Shown: piece after piece, positions 9,650 through 17,946 of the stretch
How positions within the stretch are numbered: position 1 is the first letter of the stretch
How the letters are laid out: each line of letters starts with the position of its first letter
Assembly: GCA_964354495.1 (NCBI GenBank)
Contig: CAYHAA010000001.1
Span: 427,049-459,048 of the forward strand
Length of the DNA stretch: 32,000 bases
Direction: 5' to 3'
Origin: an uncultured archaeon
GTDB taxonomy: Archaea; Asgardarchaeota; Thorarchaeia; Thorarchaeales; Thorarchaeaceae
Translations under genes and position numbers: made by a program
The notes under the pieces: model-generated
Told to the model about the DNA's origin: nothing
Database searches by the model: none
What the model saw: the letters and a program-made list of their open reading frames with translations, nothing else

Positions 9650-9687
9650 TATATAAACACCTGTCTGAGATATCCGAAAGTACTTTC
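9650..9687 (-). promoter_or_regulatory. TATA box of the cdc6-like gene plus an upstream 12-bp palindrome
   Basis: Minus-strand TTTATATA at 9650-9657; perfect palindrome GAAAGTACTTTC at 9676-9687. Confidence 0.5.
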
Positions 9688-9730
9688 AGAATTCCACTGT
9701 CCGTCTCAGTTCTGCATTGTTAGATAGTCT

Positions 9731-11068
9731 TCAGACCATTGATTCCAGAATGTCATTGCACTCTAGAGAAAGAACGAATGGGTTGAAACTTCGCCCTATC
9801 ACTGCTCTGACTTCTTCGAGTCTTTTCTTCTTGACTTCGTCAGAGAACGGCCATTTGTGCTCGGGTTTGGGCGTCACTCCAAGTTCGGCGCATTTCTCCA
9901 CGATTGCAAGAACTACATCAAATACATCCTGACCAGCTTTTCCTTCCGGTTTGATCTCTCTCGAGTGAAGGATAAGCCCATAGGTTGGCGAGTTGTCTCC
10001 GCTGTACCACTTGCTAGGTCCGTGACCATACTTTGCGAATGGCGTCATTCCATGGTCGGTTAGGAGCGCATTGATTACATCGATGTTATCCTGCAATTCT
10101 ACGAGGCTCTTATCGTAGAACCCATAGTCCTCAAACAGAGCAACCTGAATCCCCACCTTTGGATTACGCTTTGGAAGTTTCACTCGGATATCTTTCATCT
10201 GTGCCAGTTCCTTGGAGTCCAGCTTTCTGAAGTCCATGATCTCTCTCACCTCAGTTTCCACCTCTGTAGGAAACTCAACGATATGTAGGGGTGGTCTAAG
10301 ATCTCCTCGAATATCGCCATGTGCTTCTGTTATGACCTCGCCGTAGTTGATTCTGATTCTAGTCCTGATCATCTCATGAAGGGCCTGGCCAAGGCTGTTG
10401 CATTCTGGAAACTCCGCGAGACCTCCCATCAGCTCTTCCTTGACAGCCGGCCTGATAAGAAGCCTCATCTCCGTAATTAGTCCGAGAGTCCCGTGGGAAT
10501 TAGCAACGTCATGTATTGTCATGCCCATTCTATTCAGTTGCTCCTCCAATTCTGAATCATTGCTCTTGACTCCCTTGGAATCAACAATGAGTGTTGTCCC
10601 ATCATACAGGACCATTTTCACGCGTAGTGTGTTATCTCTCATGGTTCCATTTATCCAGGTGTCATTTCCCCCTCCGTCGGTTGAGAGAATCCCTGCGACA
10701 GTGGCGACATCTTTACTACTTGGTGTCACAAAGAATCGTAGGCCTTTTGGAGCCAGGAACTCGTTGATCTTGTCCGGTGTAATTCCGGGCTGCACATCGA
10801 TATACTTCTTCGCTTTCGAGACCGAGAGAACTTCCTTCATCTGAAGAGTGCTTATCATCACTCTTTCATCGTTCCCGCCAGTGCAGGCTCCACTGAGACC
10901 CGACCCGCCCCCCTTAGGAGTTATGGTGAAGCCATTCTGTTGAGCGTGTGCAATTGCTGCGAAGACGTCTTGTTCTGTCCTTGGGTAGTAAACTCCCTTG
11001 ATGTTCTTGAAATTGAGTTTGTAGTAAATAGAAGCGTTCGCACCAATCGCGATATCTCTAAGCTTCAT
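9731..11068 (-). CDS. FAD-linked oxidoreductase, GlcD / D-2-hydroxyacid dehydrogenase-like
   Basis: TPKGGGSGLSG FAD-binding motif, SHGTLGLITE, LFED, YGH...ILH and PEH metal-ligand motifs of the FAD_binding_4/FAD-oxidase_C family. Confidence 0.88.
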   Translation of the reverse strand: MKLRDIAIGANASIYYKLNFKNIKGVYYPRTEQDVFAAIAHAQQNGFTITPKGGGSGLSGACTGGNDERVMISTLQMKEVLSVSKAKKYIDVQPGITPDKINEFLAPKGLRFFVTPSSKDVATVAGILSTDGGGNDTWINGTMRDNTLRVKMVLYDGTTLIVDSKGVKSNDSELEEQLNRMGMTIHDVANSHGTLGLITEMRLLIRPAVKEELMGGLAEFPECNSLGQALHEMIRTRIRINYGEVITEAHGDIRGDLRPPLHIVEFPTEVETEVREIMDFRKLDSKELAQMKDIRVKLPKRNPKVGIQVALFEDYGFYDKSLVELQDNIDVINALLTDHGMTPFAKYGHGPSKWYSGDNSPTYGLILHSREIKPEGKAGQDVFDVVLAIVEKCAELGVTPKPEHKWPFSDEVKKKRLEEVRAVIGRSFNPFVLSLECNDILESMV

Positions 11069-12175
11069 CTAATCAACGCCTCCGTCAAGGGTTTCTGCAA
11101 GTAGCTCAACGATATCTTTGGTCTTCAGTTCTTGACCGAGAAGTTGCTCCCTACATGCAGGACAGGCAGTGATCACAGTAGTGTTTTTGACGCCCTCCCG
11201 TGCAACCCTAAGTTGCATGATTTTATCGCTCAAGTTCGGGTCTGTCATCCTAAGAAGACCCCCGCCTCCGCAGCAGCTTAGATCCATCTCTTTGAAGTCT
11301 ATACCCATCTTCTTGATCAACGACCTTGGTTCGGTCTTTATTCCAAGAATTCTATGAAGTTCGCATGGGTCATGATACGAGAACTTCTCTTTCTGCCCGT
11401 ATTTCTTTGTTTCAGTCAGAAGCCTGTCAAGGAACTGAGTGTGATGAAGCACTTCAACTCCTTTGAGGTTGTGATGTTCTCTTAGTTGAATCACACAGCC
11501 TGGACAGCAACTGATGACATGTTTTGCACCAGCAGCAGTGATGACCTTCCTGTTGTGTTCTCTCAACTTCTGAGCACCCTTTTCATTACCTATGAGATAA
11601 AGCGGATGACCACAACAATTCTCCTCAGCACCCATCACCAAGTAGTCCACTTCTAGTTTCTCCAGAGTCTTGAATAGGGATCTCAACACATCAATCTGGC
11701 TTCCTCTGAATGACATAAGGCATCCCAGAAAGATGATGTTCTCTGCAGTCTTTCCTTTCTCGTAGACTCTATCCCCAAGCCCTGGAATATCGTCCTCCAG
11801 CTCATCGAGCCAATAGATTGCCCGATCCTCTGCTGCTAGCCCATAGATATTCTTGACATTGGCAAGTGCATCCCTAAGGGATTCCAAATATGCAAACTCC
11901 TCTGGGTGGGTTTCCATTGCTTTGGCCCTCTGTTCATGCCAGACTCTTAGAAGGTCCACACCAGACGAACAAGTTTCCTCGCAGCGACCACAGAGTGTGC
12001 ATTGAAAGAGTAGCTTTCGAAACTCCTTCCCTAATTCTTCATCGTCCTCGATTTGGTCCATTACCTGCAAAAGGTATGCCTTTCCTCTGGGCGAGAACTG
12101 CTCTTCTCCTGTTGCATCAAACATTGGACAAAACTGTAGACAGGAGCCGCAACGGACACACTTATCGTAGGACAT
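11069..12175 (-). CDS. (Fe-S)-binding protein, GlcF/HdrD-like (2x[4Fe-4S] plus two CCG domains)
   Basis: CVRCGSCLQFCP, CTLCGRCEETC, ENCCGHP, SCCPGC, YHDPC, SCCGGGG, TACPAC; GGAGG SD upstream. Confidence 0.92.
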   Translation of the reverse strand: MSYDKCVRCGSCLQFCPMFDATGEEQFSPRGKAYLLQVMDQIEDDEELGKEFRKLLFQCTLCGRCEETCSSGVDLLRVWHEQRAKAMETHPEEFAYLESLRDALANVKNIYGLAAEDRAIYWLDELEDDIPGLGDRVYEKGKTAENIIFLGCLMSFRGSQIDVLRSLFKTLEKLEVDYLVMGAEENCCGHPLYLIGNEKGAQKLREHNRKVITAAGAKHVISCCPGCVIQLREHHNLKGVEVLHHTQFLDRLLTETKKYGQKEKFSYHDPCELHRILGIKTEPRSLIKKMGIDFKEMDLSCCGGGGLLRMTDPNLSDKIMQLRVAREGVKNTTVITACPACREQLLGQELKTKDIVELLAETLDGGVD

Positions 12176-12346
12176 ACCATGCTTTCCTCCGCAAAGGCTT
12201 GTTTGTGACCATACTCATCGAAACTTGTTTTCAGAACTTAATAAGATATAGATAGATAGCATGAATTTGGTGTCTAGCCAATAGATTCTGTTTGATGTCC
12301 TCTGAAGCTCTAGTCCTCTTTCCAATTCAGAAAGAAGACAAATAGC

Positions 12347-12363
12347 GGCGGACTACCACCGCC
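12347..12363 (-). terminator. Hairpin downstream of the malic enzyme gene
   Basis: GGCGG-7nt-CCGCC followed on the minus strand by a T-rich tract (TATTTGTCTTCTTT). Confidence 0.5.
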
Positions 12364-12386
12364 ATGTTACGTCATCACCAGACACT

Positions 12387-13832
12387 CTATGTCTTGGGTG
12401 CCTTTGGAATGAAACCTTGCTTGTAGAGCAGTTCGGAAGAAGCACGCGCCACACGGATTATCTCCTCTGCATGCTTGTAGAGTTCTTTCTCCTCCCATTG
12501 CTTCCCAGCGATGCCCTGCTCAATAGCCTTCATACCTACTGCGGTCGCCTCTGCAGGATATAGCTCCCATTGGTCCATGGTTGGGATGATCTTCCGCACA
12601 TTGGCCTTCTTGGCTCCCAGATCCGCAAGCGCCTGAGCGGCTGCAATGCACATCTCATCAGTGATAGTGCGTGCTCTCACGTCAAGCGTCCCTCGGAAGA
12701 TACCTGGAAATCCGAGTGAATTGTTGATCTGGTTATCAAAATCGCTGCGGCCAGTACCGACTATCTTTGCACCTGCCTCTACGGCGTCCCATGGCCAGAT
12801 TTCAGGCAATGGATTGGCACAGGCGAAGACGATCGAGTCCTTGGCCATTTTGCCGACCCATTCTTTCTTAATAGTACCAGGAACAGGCGTCGATGCAGAT
12901 ATTAGAACATCCACCCCGCCAATGACTTCGCCAAGGTCTCCAGTCACTCTTTCCGGATTGGTCTTCTGGGCAAGATCATATTTGAAGGTGTCATAGTCCT
13001 TCTCTGCAACGATATCCTCACGGTCTGCAAAGATTGCTCCTGAGCTATCTACCATGATGATGTTCTTGGGATTCACACCGGCAGAAATGAGCAGGTATGC
13101 CGTACGTGTATTTGCCGCGCCAACTCCTAGGAGGGCAACTCTGATACTATGAATATCCTTCTTGACAACATTCAGGCCGCCAAGTACTCCTGCAAGCACG
13201 ACAGTGGCTGTACCCTGCGCATCATCATGCCATACTGGAATCTTGACGTCTGGGTCATTCCTGAGCTTCTCAAGGACCTTGTAGCACTTAGGCTTCGAAA
13301 TGTCCTCAAGGTTGATTCCTCCAAAAGAGGGCTGTAGGAGTTTGACAAAATCGATGATTCTGTCAGCGTCCTTTGTGTCAACGCATATGGGCCAGGCATC
13401 GACACCACCAAGATACTTGAACAGGATTGCCTTTCCTTCCATGACAGGTCCGGCTGCCAGTGGACCGATGTCACCCAGTCCGAGAACTCTTGTGCCATCG
13501 CTAACGACTGCAACCATGTTTCCCTTGTTCAGGTGGTCATAGGCCTTCTCCGGGTGGTCCTTAATATCCAGACATGGTTTGGCTACACCCGGCGTGTACC
13601 AGATCGCGAAATCTGAAAAGTCCCGAACTGGCACTTTTCCAATACATTGAATCTTACCCTTATAGAAGGGATGCAGAATCATCGCATCCTTTCCTGGCTT
13701 CTCAGCCTTTGCCTTCAGCTCTTCAGCAGTGAGATTCACTTCCTTCTTCTCAACTGCCTTCTTTGTCACTTCTTTCTTGGTCACTTTTGCCTTCTTCTTC
13801 GACTCTTTGACAGTGGACTTTCTTTCAGGCAT
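12387..13832 (-). CDS. maeA: NAD(P)-dependent malic enzyme with a Lys-rich N-terminal extension
   Basis: YTPGVA, VAVVSDGTRVLGLGDIG, GGINLEDI, WHDDAQGT, FACANP, GRSDFDNQINNSLGFPGIFRG. Confidence 0.96.
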   Translation of the reverse strand: MPERKSTVKESKKKAKVTKKEVTKKAVEKKEVNLTAEELKAKAEKPGKDAMILHPFYKGKIQCIGKVPVRDFSDFAIWYTPGVAKPCLDIKDHPEKAYDHLNKGNMVAVVSDGTRVLGLGDIGPLAAGPVMEGKAILFKYLGGVDAWPICVDTKDADRIIDFVKLLQPSFGGINLEDISKPKCYKVLEKLRNDPDVKIPVWHDDAQGTATVVLAGVLGGLNVVKKDIHSIRVALLGVGAANTRTAYLLISAGVNPKNIIMVDSSGAIFADREDIVAEKDYDTFKYDLAQKTNPERVTGDLGEVIGGVDVLISASTPVPGTIKKEWVGKMAKDSIVFACANPLPEIWPWDAVEAGAKIVGTGRSDFDNQINNSLGFPGIFRGTLDVRARTITDEMCIAAAQALADLGAKKANVRKIIPTMDQWELYPAEATAVGMKAIEQGIAGKQWEEKELYKHAEEIIRVARASSELLYKQGFIPKAPKT

Positions 13833-13876
13833 AATCAGAATGCTCCTGTTACATTGATTTGCAGGACAGGCTACAT

Positions 13877-13894
13877 AACCCGTCTCTCCGGGTT
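13877..13894. promoter_or_regulatory. Inverted repeat overlapping the probable malic enzyme transcription start
   Basis: AACCCG-TCTCTC-CGGGTT lies between the AT-rich TATA-like box (13911-13920) and ATG 13832. Confidence 0.4.
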
Positions 13895-14151
13895 GCAGAC
13901 CTCTGTGCCTTTATTAAAATGTATGTTCTTAGGACAAGAATCGAACACTGCTATCAGGAGTTGCCTCCGAGATTGTGAACAGTCAGTTGCTGAGGTGGCA
14001 CTCTTTAAGAGCGATGAGACTGCCAAGACCATAGAATCAATCTTGTTGGTTTAGCAGAAACCACAGATCATTTCGGGTATCCTTCTCCGTATATTACGCA
14101 GTTCCTATACTATTTAAACATACAAATGACTATTTTTGTGTAGTGAGCAGG

Positions 14152-14877
14152 ATGAAGAGATCAAAGCGTTTTCTTCTAGGCATCGGACTTTCAGCGATTG
14201 TGGTTTTCAGTGTGTTTGGTTTGTATATGTTTTACATTAGGCCGAGTCTTATCAGTGTCCACTTCATTCCCGAGCACGTTAATACTATTCCCGGACAGAT
14301 GGGGTGGTTTCTGGTTGAAATCATCAGTGGTCAGCAGATAGACGATTACGACGTTCAAATTCTGACCAATACTTCGATAGACACAGATTATGTCTACTGG
14401 CCCCAAGCACCGCTTCTGGAGGTGTTCCTCTATCCGAATTCCACTCATGTGGATACGTGTATTCAAGTCGAAATCACATTTGCCTCAGGATTTTCAGTCG
14501 CACATGATACCGCATTATTATACGTGCTAAACTGGGAAGGCTCCGAACTAGCAGAGGTCATTGAAAAAAGAGACGTATTCGTTGACTATCTGGCGGACAG
14601 TATTCCAGATTTCGGCATTAATGAAACTGTTTCGTGGACTCCCATCTACAACTGTGCAGGCATTCTAGTGGTTGGCCACTATCTCTTCATGTCCGACCTA
14701 TGGGAACTGGAAGTTTCATGGCATGTCATGATTCCGCCCTATGATTGGGTTCAGGTATACTTACGGCATCGCGGCTACGTGGAACCGGGCTGGGCTGGTA
14801 GAATTGATTCATGGAGCACTGATAATACAACAATACTTCTGACTGAGCCTCCTGAAGAGATCTACCGCGCAATATAA
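14152..14877 (+). CDS. Membrane-anchored hypothetical protein
   Basis: Basic N-terminus, then one TM helix (FLLGIGLSAIVVFSVFGLYMFYI) and a Trp-rich C-terminal domain (WHVMIPPYDW). TATTTAAA at 14111-14118. Start is ATG 14152 or GTG 14143. Confidence 0.8.
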   Translation: MKRSKRFLLGIGLSAIVVFSVFGLYMFYIRPSLISVHFIPEHVNTIPGQMGWFLVEIISGQQIDDYDVQILTNTSIDTDYVYWPQAPLLEVFLYPNSTHVDTCIQVEITFASGFSVAHDTALLYVLNWEGSELAEVIEKRDVFVDYLADSIPDFGINETVSWTPIYNCAGILVVGHYLFMSDLWELEVSWHVMIPPYDWVQVYLRHRGYVEPGWAGRIDSWSTDNTTILLTEPPEEIYRAI

Positions 14878-15024
14878 GATACTCTCTGCACAGCTACGTG
14901 TGAGCGATTTCGGTTTGTGGTTGTCCGATTCAGTAGTAGCCTGTCACAGTAGTTGAGTCCCATCTATCCACCTCGACACTAGGCATCGATAGAGCCAAAA
15001 CCGGAGTTGCCATCAGCGTTTGGC

Positions 15025-15774
15025 ATGAAGACCACTACTGGCGATGATTTTCTCAGAGATACGAAGTACGAACGCGGTCTGTTCCCCTGGCCTTGTCTTG
15101 ACTGGGCCTGTATGCCCCTGCAGTACAAGGCATATGATGATGCACCTCGTATTTCACTCCCTGATCCCGCGATTCACGGAGGTCCCCCGATTTGGGATGT
15201 TATCAGGTCACGCAGAAGTGTCAGAGCCTATACGCAAGACGAAATGTCCCTCAAGGACCTATCTCAAGTACTCTGGGCTACTCAAGGAGTACGGGAGGTC
15301 GTTTCGGGACCCAATCGTGACTTTAAGCTCCGCATTGCTCCGTCCGCTGGAGCACAATACCCTATAGAAACCTACCTGTATTCAAACAGGCTTGAGGGAT
15401 TAGAGAGAGGAATCTATCATTATGTGGTAGACAAGCATGCACTTGAATTCATCAAGAAAGGCGACTATGGAAATGATCTCCGAGCTGGCGCCCTAGATCA
15501 GCAAATTGCAAAACAAGCAGCAGTCGTCTTCATTTGGAGCGCAGTCTTTGAGCGGTCGAAGTGGAAGTACTTACAACGAGCATATCGCTATGTCTTCATG
15601 GAAGCAGGCCACATCGCTCAAAACCTTGCCCTTGCCGCTCAAGCACTGGACTATGGAAGCTGCCAGATAGGTGCCATCTATGATGATGAACTAAACGCTC
15701 TCCTTGGTCTTGATGGAGTCAATGAAAGTGTCATTTACCTGAGCACTTTGGCGAGACCCAGAAGAGCCCTGTAG
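15025..15774 (+). CDS. SagB/ThcOx-family nitroreductase-like FMN oxidoreductase
   Basis: RRSVRAY, RIAPSAGAQYPIETY, YRYVFMEAGHIAQNL, QIGAIYDD. Start is ATG 15025 rather than TTG 15007. Confidence 0.92.
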   Translation: MKTTTGDDFLRDTKYERGLFPWPCLDWACMPLQYKAYDDAPRISLPDPAIHGGPPIWDVIRSRRSVRAYTQDEMSLKDLSQVLWATQGVREVVSGPNRDFKLRIAPSAGAQYPIETYLYSNRLEGLERGIYHYVVDKHALEFIKKGDYGNDLRAGALDQQIAKQAAVVFIWSAVFERSKWKYLQRAYRYVFMEAGHIAQNLALAAQALDYGSCQIGAIYDDELNALLGLDGVNESVIYLSTLARPRRAL

Positions 15775-15781
15775 AGCACGT

Positions 15782-16264
15782 CTAGAGTTTCAAACCCCAG
15801 AAGTTCACTATCTGCTCTGCGTGCCTCGATGAATGAACCTTATCGATTCCTTCAGAACCACCAAAGATACCTTCTATCTTTCCGTCCTCATCTATGAGAA
15901 AAGTGATTCTTTGAACACCAAGAAGCTCCTTCCCTAGCAGCCTCATTGGCTTGTATACTCCAAACGACCTGGCAATGGCATAGTCCTCGTCCATCAGGAT
16001 TGAGAACGGCAATGTGTGTTTCTCTTTGAACTTCCTGTGCATTACAGCGTCTCCTCCAGAGATCCCGAATACTGGAATTCCTGAATTCTCAAACAATGTA
16101 TAGCTATCGCGAATAGAGCATGCCTCTGCTGTACATCCCGGTGTGAAATCCTTGGGATAGAAATAGAGCACTACCTTGTGTCCCCTGTGCCCAATGAGTG
16201 TGAATGATCTGCCAGATTCATCAGTTGTCTCAAAGTTGGGTGCCATCTCTCCTACTGCAAGCAT
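15782..16264 (-). CDS. bcp: Peroxiredoxin BCP/PrxQ, copy A
   Basis: LYFYPKDFTPGCTAEAC (PxxxTxxC plus CxxxxC resolving Cys); RITFLIDEDG. Confidence 0.95.
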   Translation of the reverse strand: MLAVGEMAPNFETTDESGRSFTLIGHRGHKVVLYFYPKDFTPGCTAEACSIRDSYTLFENSGIPVFGISGGDAVMHRKFKEKHTLPFSILMDEDYAIARSFGVYKPMRLLGKELLGVQRITFLIDEDGKIEGIFGGSEGIDKVHSSRHAEQIVNFWGLKL

Positions 16265-16274
16265 ACTCTTTCCC

Positions 16275-16757
16275 TCATATCTTCAAGTTCCAAAACTTGA
16301 TTACTTGATTGGCATGTTCCGCTGTATTGACCTTCTCGATGCCTTCCAGTCCTCCAAAGATGCCCTCTACCTTCCCCTTTTCATCAATGAGAAATGTTGT
16401 CCGCTCGATACCCATGTACTCCTTTCCATACATTGACTTCTTTTGGTAGACATCATAGAGTCTCGCGATTCGAAAGTCCTCATCCATAAGGAGGGGAAAT
16501 GGGAGGCTGTTCTTGCTCTTGAAGTTCTGATGCGACTTCGCATTGCCACCTGATATACCAAATACGGGAATGCTGGCTCTCTCAAAGACACTGTAATTGT
16601 CACGGATTGAGCATGCCTCCTGTTGACATCCGGGTGTGTCATCCTTTGGATAGAAATAGAGGAAGACCTTCTTCCCTCTAAGGGTGCTTAACTTGAACTT
16701 CTCTCCACTTTCTGTCGAAGTCCCGAAATCGGGTGCCTTGTCACCTACTTTTAGCAC
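16275..16757 (-). CDS. bcp: Peroxiredoxin BCP/PrxQ, copy B
   Basis: LYFYPKDDTPGCQQEAC; RTTFLIDEKG; GTG start with an AGGAG SD. Confidence 0.95.
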   Translation of the reverse strand: MLKVGDKAPDFGTSTESGEKFKLSTLRGKKVFLYFYPKDDTPGCQQEACSIRDNYSVFERASIPVFGISGGNAKSHQNFKSKNSLPFPLLMDEDFRIARLYDVYQKKSMYGKEYMGIERTTFLIDEKGKVEGIFGGLEGIEKVNTAEHANQVIKFWNLKI

Positions 16758-16896
16758 AAAGAAATCTCCTTGTTTGATTAACTATAATGAAACACCTCAG
16801 TCGCTGATTATAAGCCTAGTGATAATGCCAATCGTCGGTCCCTCAGCAATCCTTAAAGAGAGTGCAGGAATGCGAGTAACAACTAAGGGCGGGGCT

Positions 16897-17904
16897 ATGA
16901 TGACACAAGTGATTGCCTACAGATCTCTGACGACATTCTACGCTGCCTGTATGATAGGAACAGGTCTCAGTCTATTGGTTGGCTATTATCTGGCGATGTT
17001 GTTTCAACCGACCACCCAGCTCGATTGGCTATCCTTCCTCGGAGTATTCCTTGGCTTACCAGTCGTCGTAGCCTTCATCTCCTTCTACATCGGATGGCGC
17101 CAGAAGAAGGGTATTGTTAAATACAATGCTCCTGACTGGGATTTGAAGCCTGTTCAAATGACAATTGAAGACGCAAGGAGTCTGCCACGCAAGTACAACC
17201 GCAAGTACTCACGCCTAGTTGCGAACAGCAATTTCTGGTCATTCTTCATCCCAATTCTCCTCATCGTACTGATTATGGCTTTGCCGCTCTACTCCTTCTA
17301 TGAAGGCGATGGTCTGTCTGGGTACATTCCTCTTCTGAATGCAGTTCTTTTGGTCGTTCTCTTTTCGGTCACCCTAGTCGGAGCCTTTAGAGCTACATCG
17401 AATTCCGCATCTACTGATTTTACACTCCCATTGGTCCGAGAGGCTGTGAGATTAGCCGACTTACAGGGAAGGGTTGCTGGTGTCTGTCAGATTCGAGTCG
17501 TGCTTGATAAGGCTGGAGATGATGATCTTGAAGTATACGATAATCCTCGGGTCCTCATTAGAATCAAAGAGCTTGAGTCCGAAGCCTATGTAGAGTCTTG
17601 GTCTGATGATCTCAAAGCGGTGACCAAAGTTCTCTGCCGCTTGTTTGAGAAGGATGGCAATCCTCAGGTCGTCTGGTGGTGGATCTCAACGGATCGGAAC
17701 TTCCGCAAATTCGTCCGTCCCGACGATGAAGGATATTATGTAAAGAATCCCGTAAGGACGAATATGCGCAGCCCGGGAGTCCAAGATGTTGCTCTAGTCA
17801 CGGAAAATGCGGTTGCCTTGATTGTCAAGGAGTATCTTCGGACACGCGGAGAATCTGCAGGACTTCGATTGCTCCTGCAACAACTGAACGTAGAAAACCA
17901 TTAG
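16897..17904 (+). CDS. 4-TM membrane protein of unknown family, paralogue 1
   Basis: Two TM hairpins separated by a W...YNxxY loop, followed by a ~165-aa soluble domain. The ORF-track start at 16684 overlaps bcp; ATG 16897 (or 16870/16900) is preferred. Confidence 0.85.
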   Translation: MMTQVIAYRSLTTFYAACMIGTGLSLLVGYYLAMLFQPTTQLDWLSFLGVFLGLPVVVAFISFYIGWRQKKGIVKYNAPDWDLKPVQMTIEDARSLPRKYNRKYSRLVANSNFWSFFIPILLIVLIMALPLYSFYEGDGLSGYIPLLNAVLLVVLFSVTLVGAFRATSNSASTDFTLPLVREAVRLADLQGRVAGVCQIRVVLDKAGDDDLEVYDNPRVLIRIKELESEAYVESWSDDLKAVTKVLCRLFEKDGNPQVVWWWISTDRNFRKFVRPDDEGYYVKNPVRTNMRSPGVQDVALVTENAVALIVKEYLRTRGESAGLRLLLQQLNVENH

Positions 17905-17946
17905 TGCATGGTTGACTTCGTCTAGACCTGTCCAGAGAGGAACAAC

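Noticed and set aside
9688-9705. TTCCACTG as an ORB / replication origin beside cdc6
   Set aside because: Only one partial match, with no G-string, no repeated ORBs and no AT-rich unwinding element in a ~110-bp gap.
13647-14054. 135-aa plus-strand ORF
   Set aside because: Overlaps the malic enzyme start antisense and runs through promoter DNA; its composition mirrors the Lys-rich antisense codons.
15025-15774. SagB as part of a thiazole/oxazole RiPP cluster
   Set aside because: No YcaO, E1-like protein, precursor peptide or exporter nearby; stand-alone SagB-type nitroreductases are common in archaea.
16684-16896. N-terminal extension of membrane paralogue 1 in the ORF track
   Set aside because: Overlaps bcp on the opposite strand and the TATA-containing intergenic region; the paralogues align from about ATG 16897.
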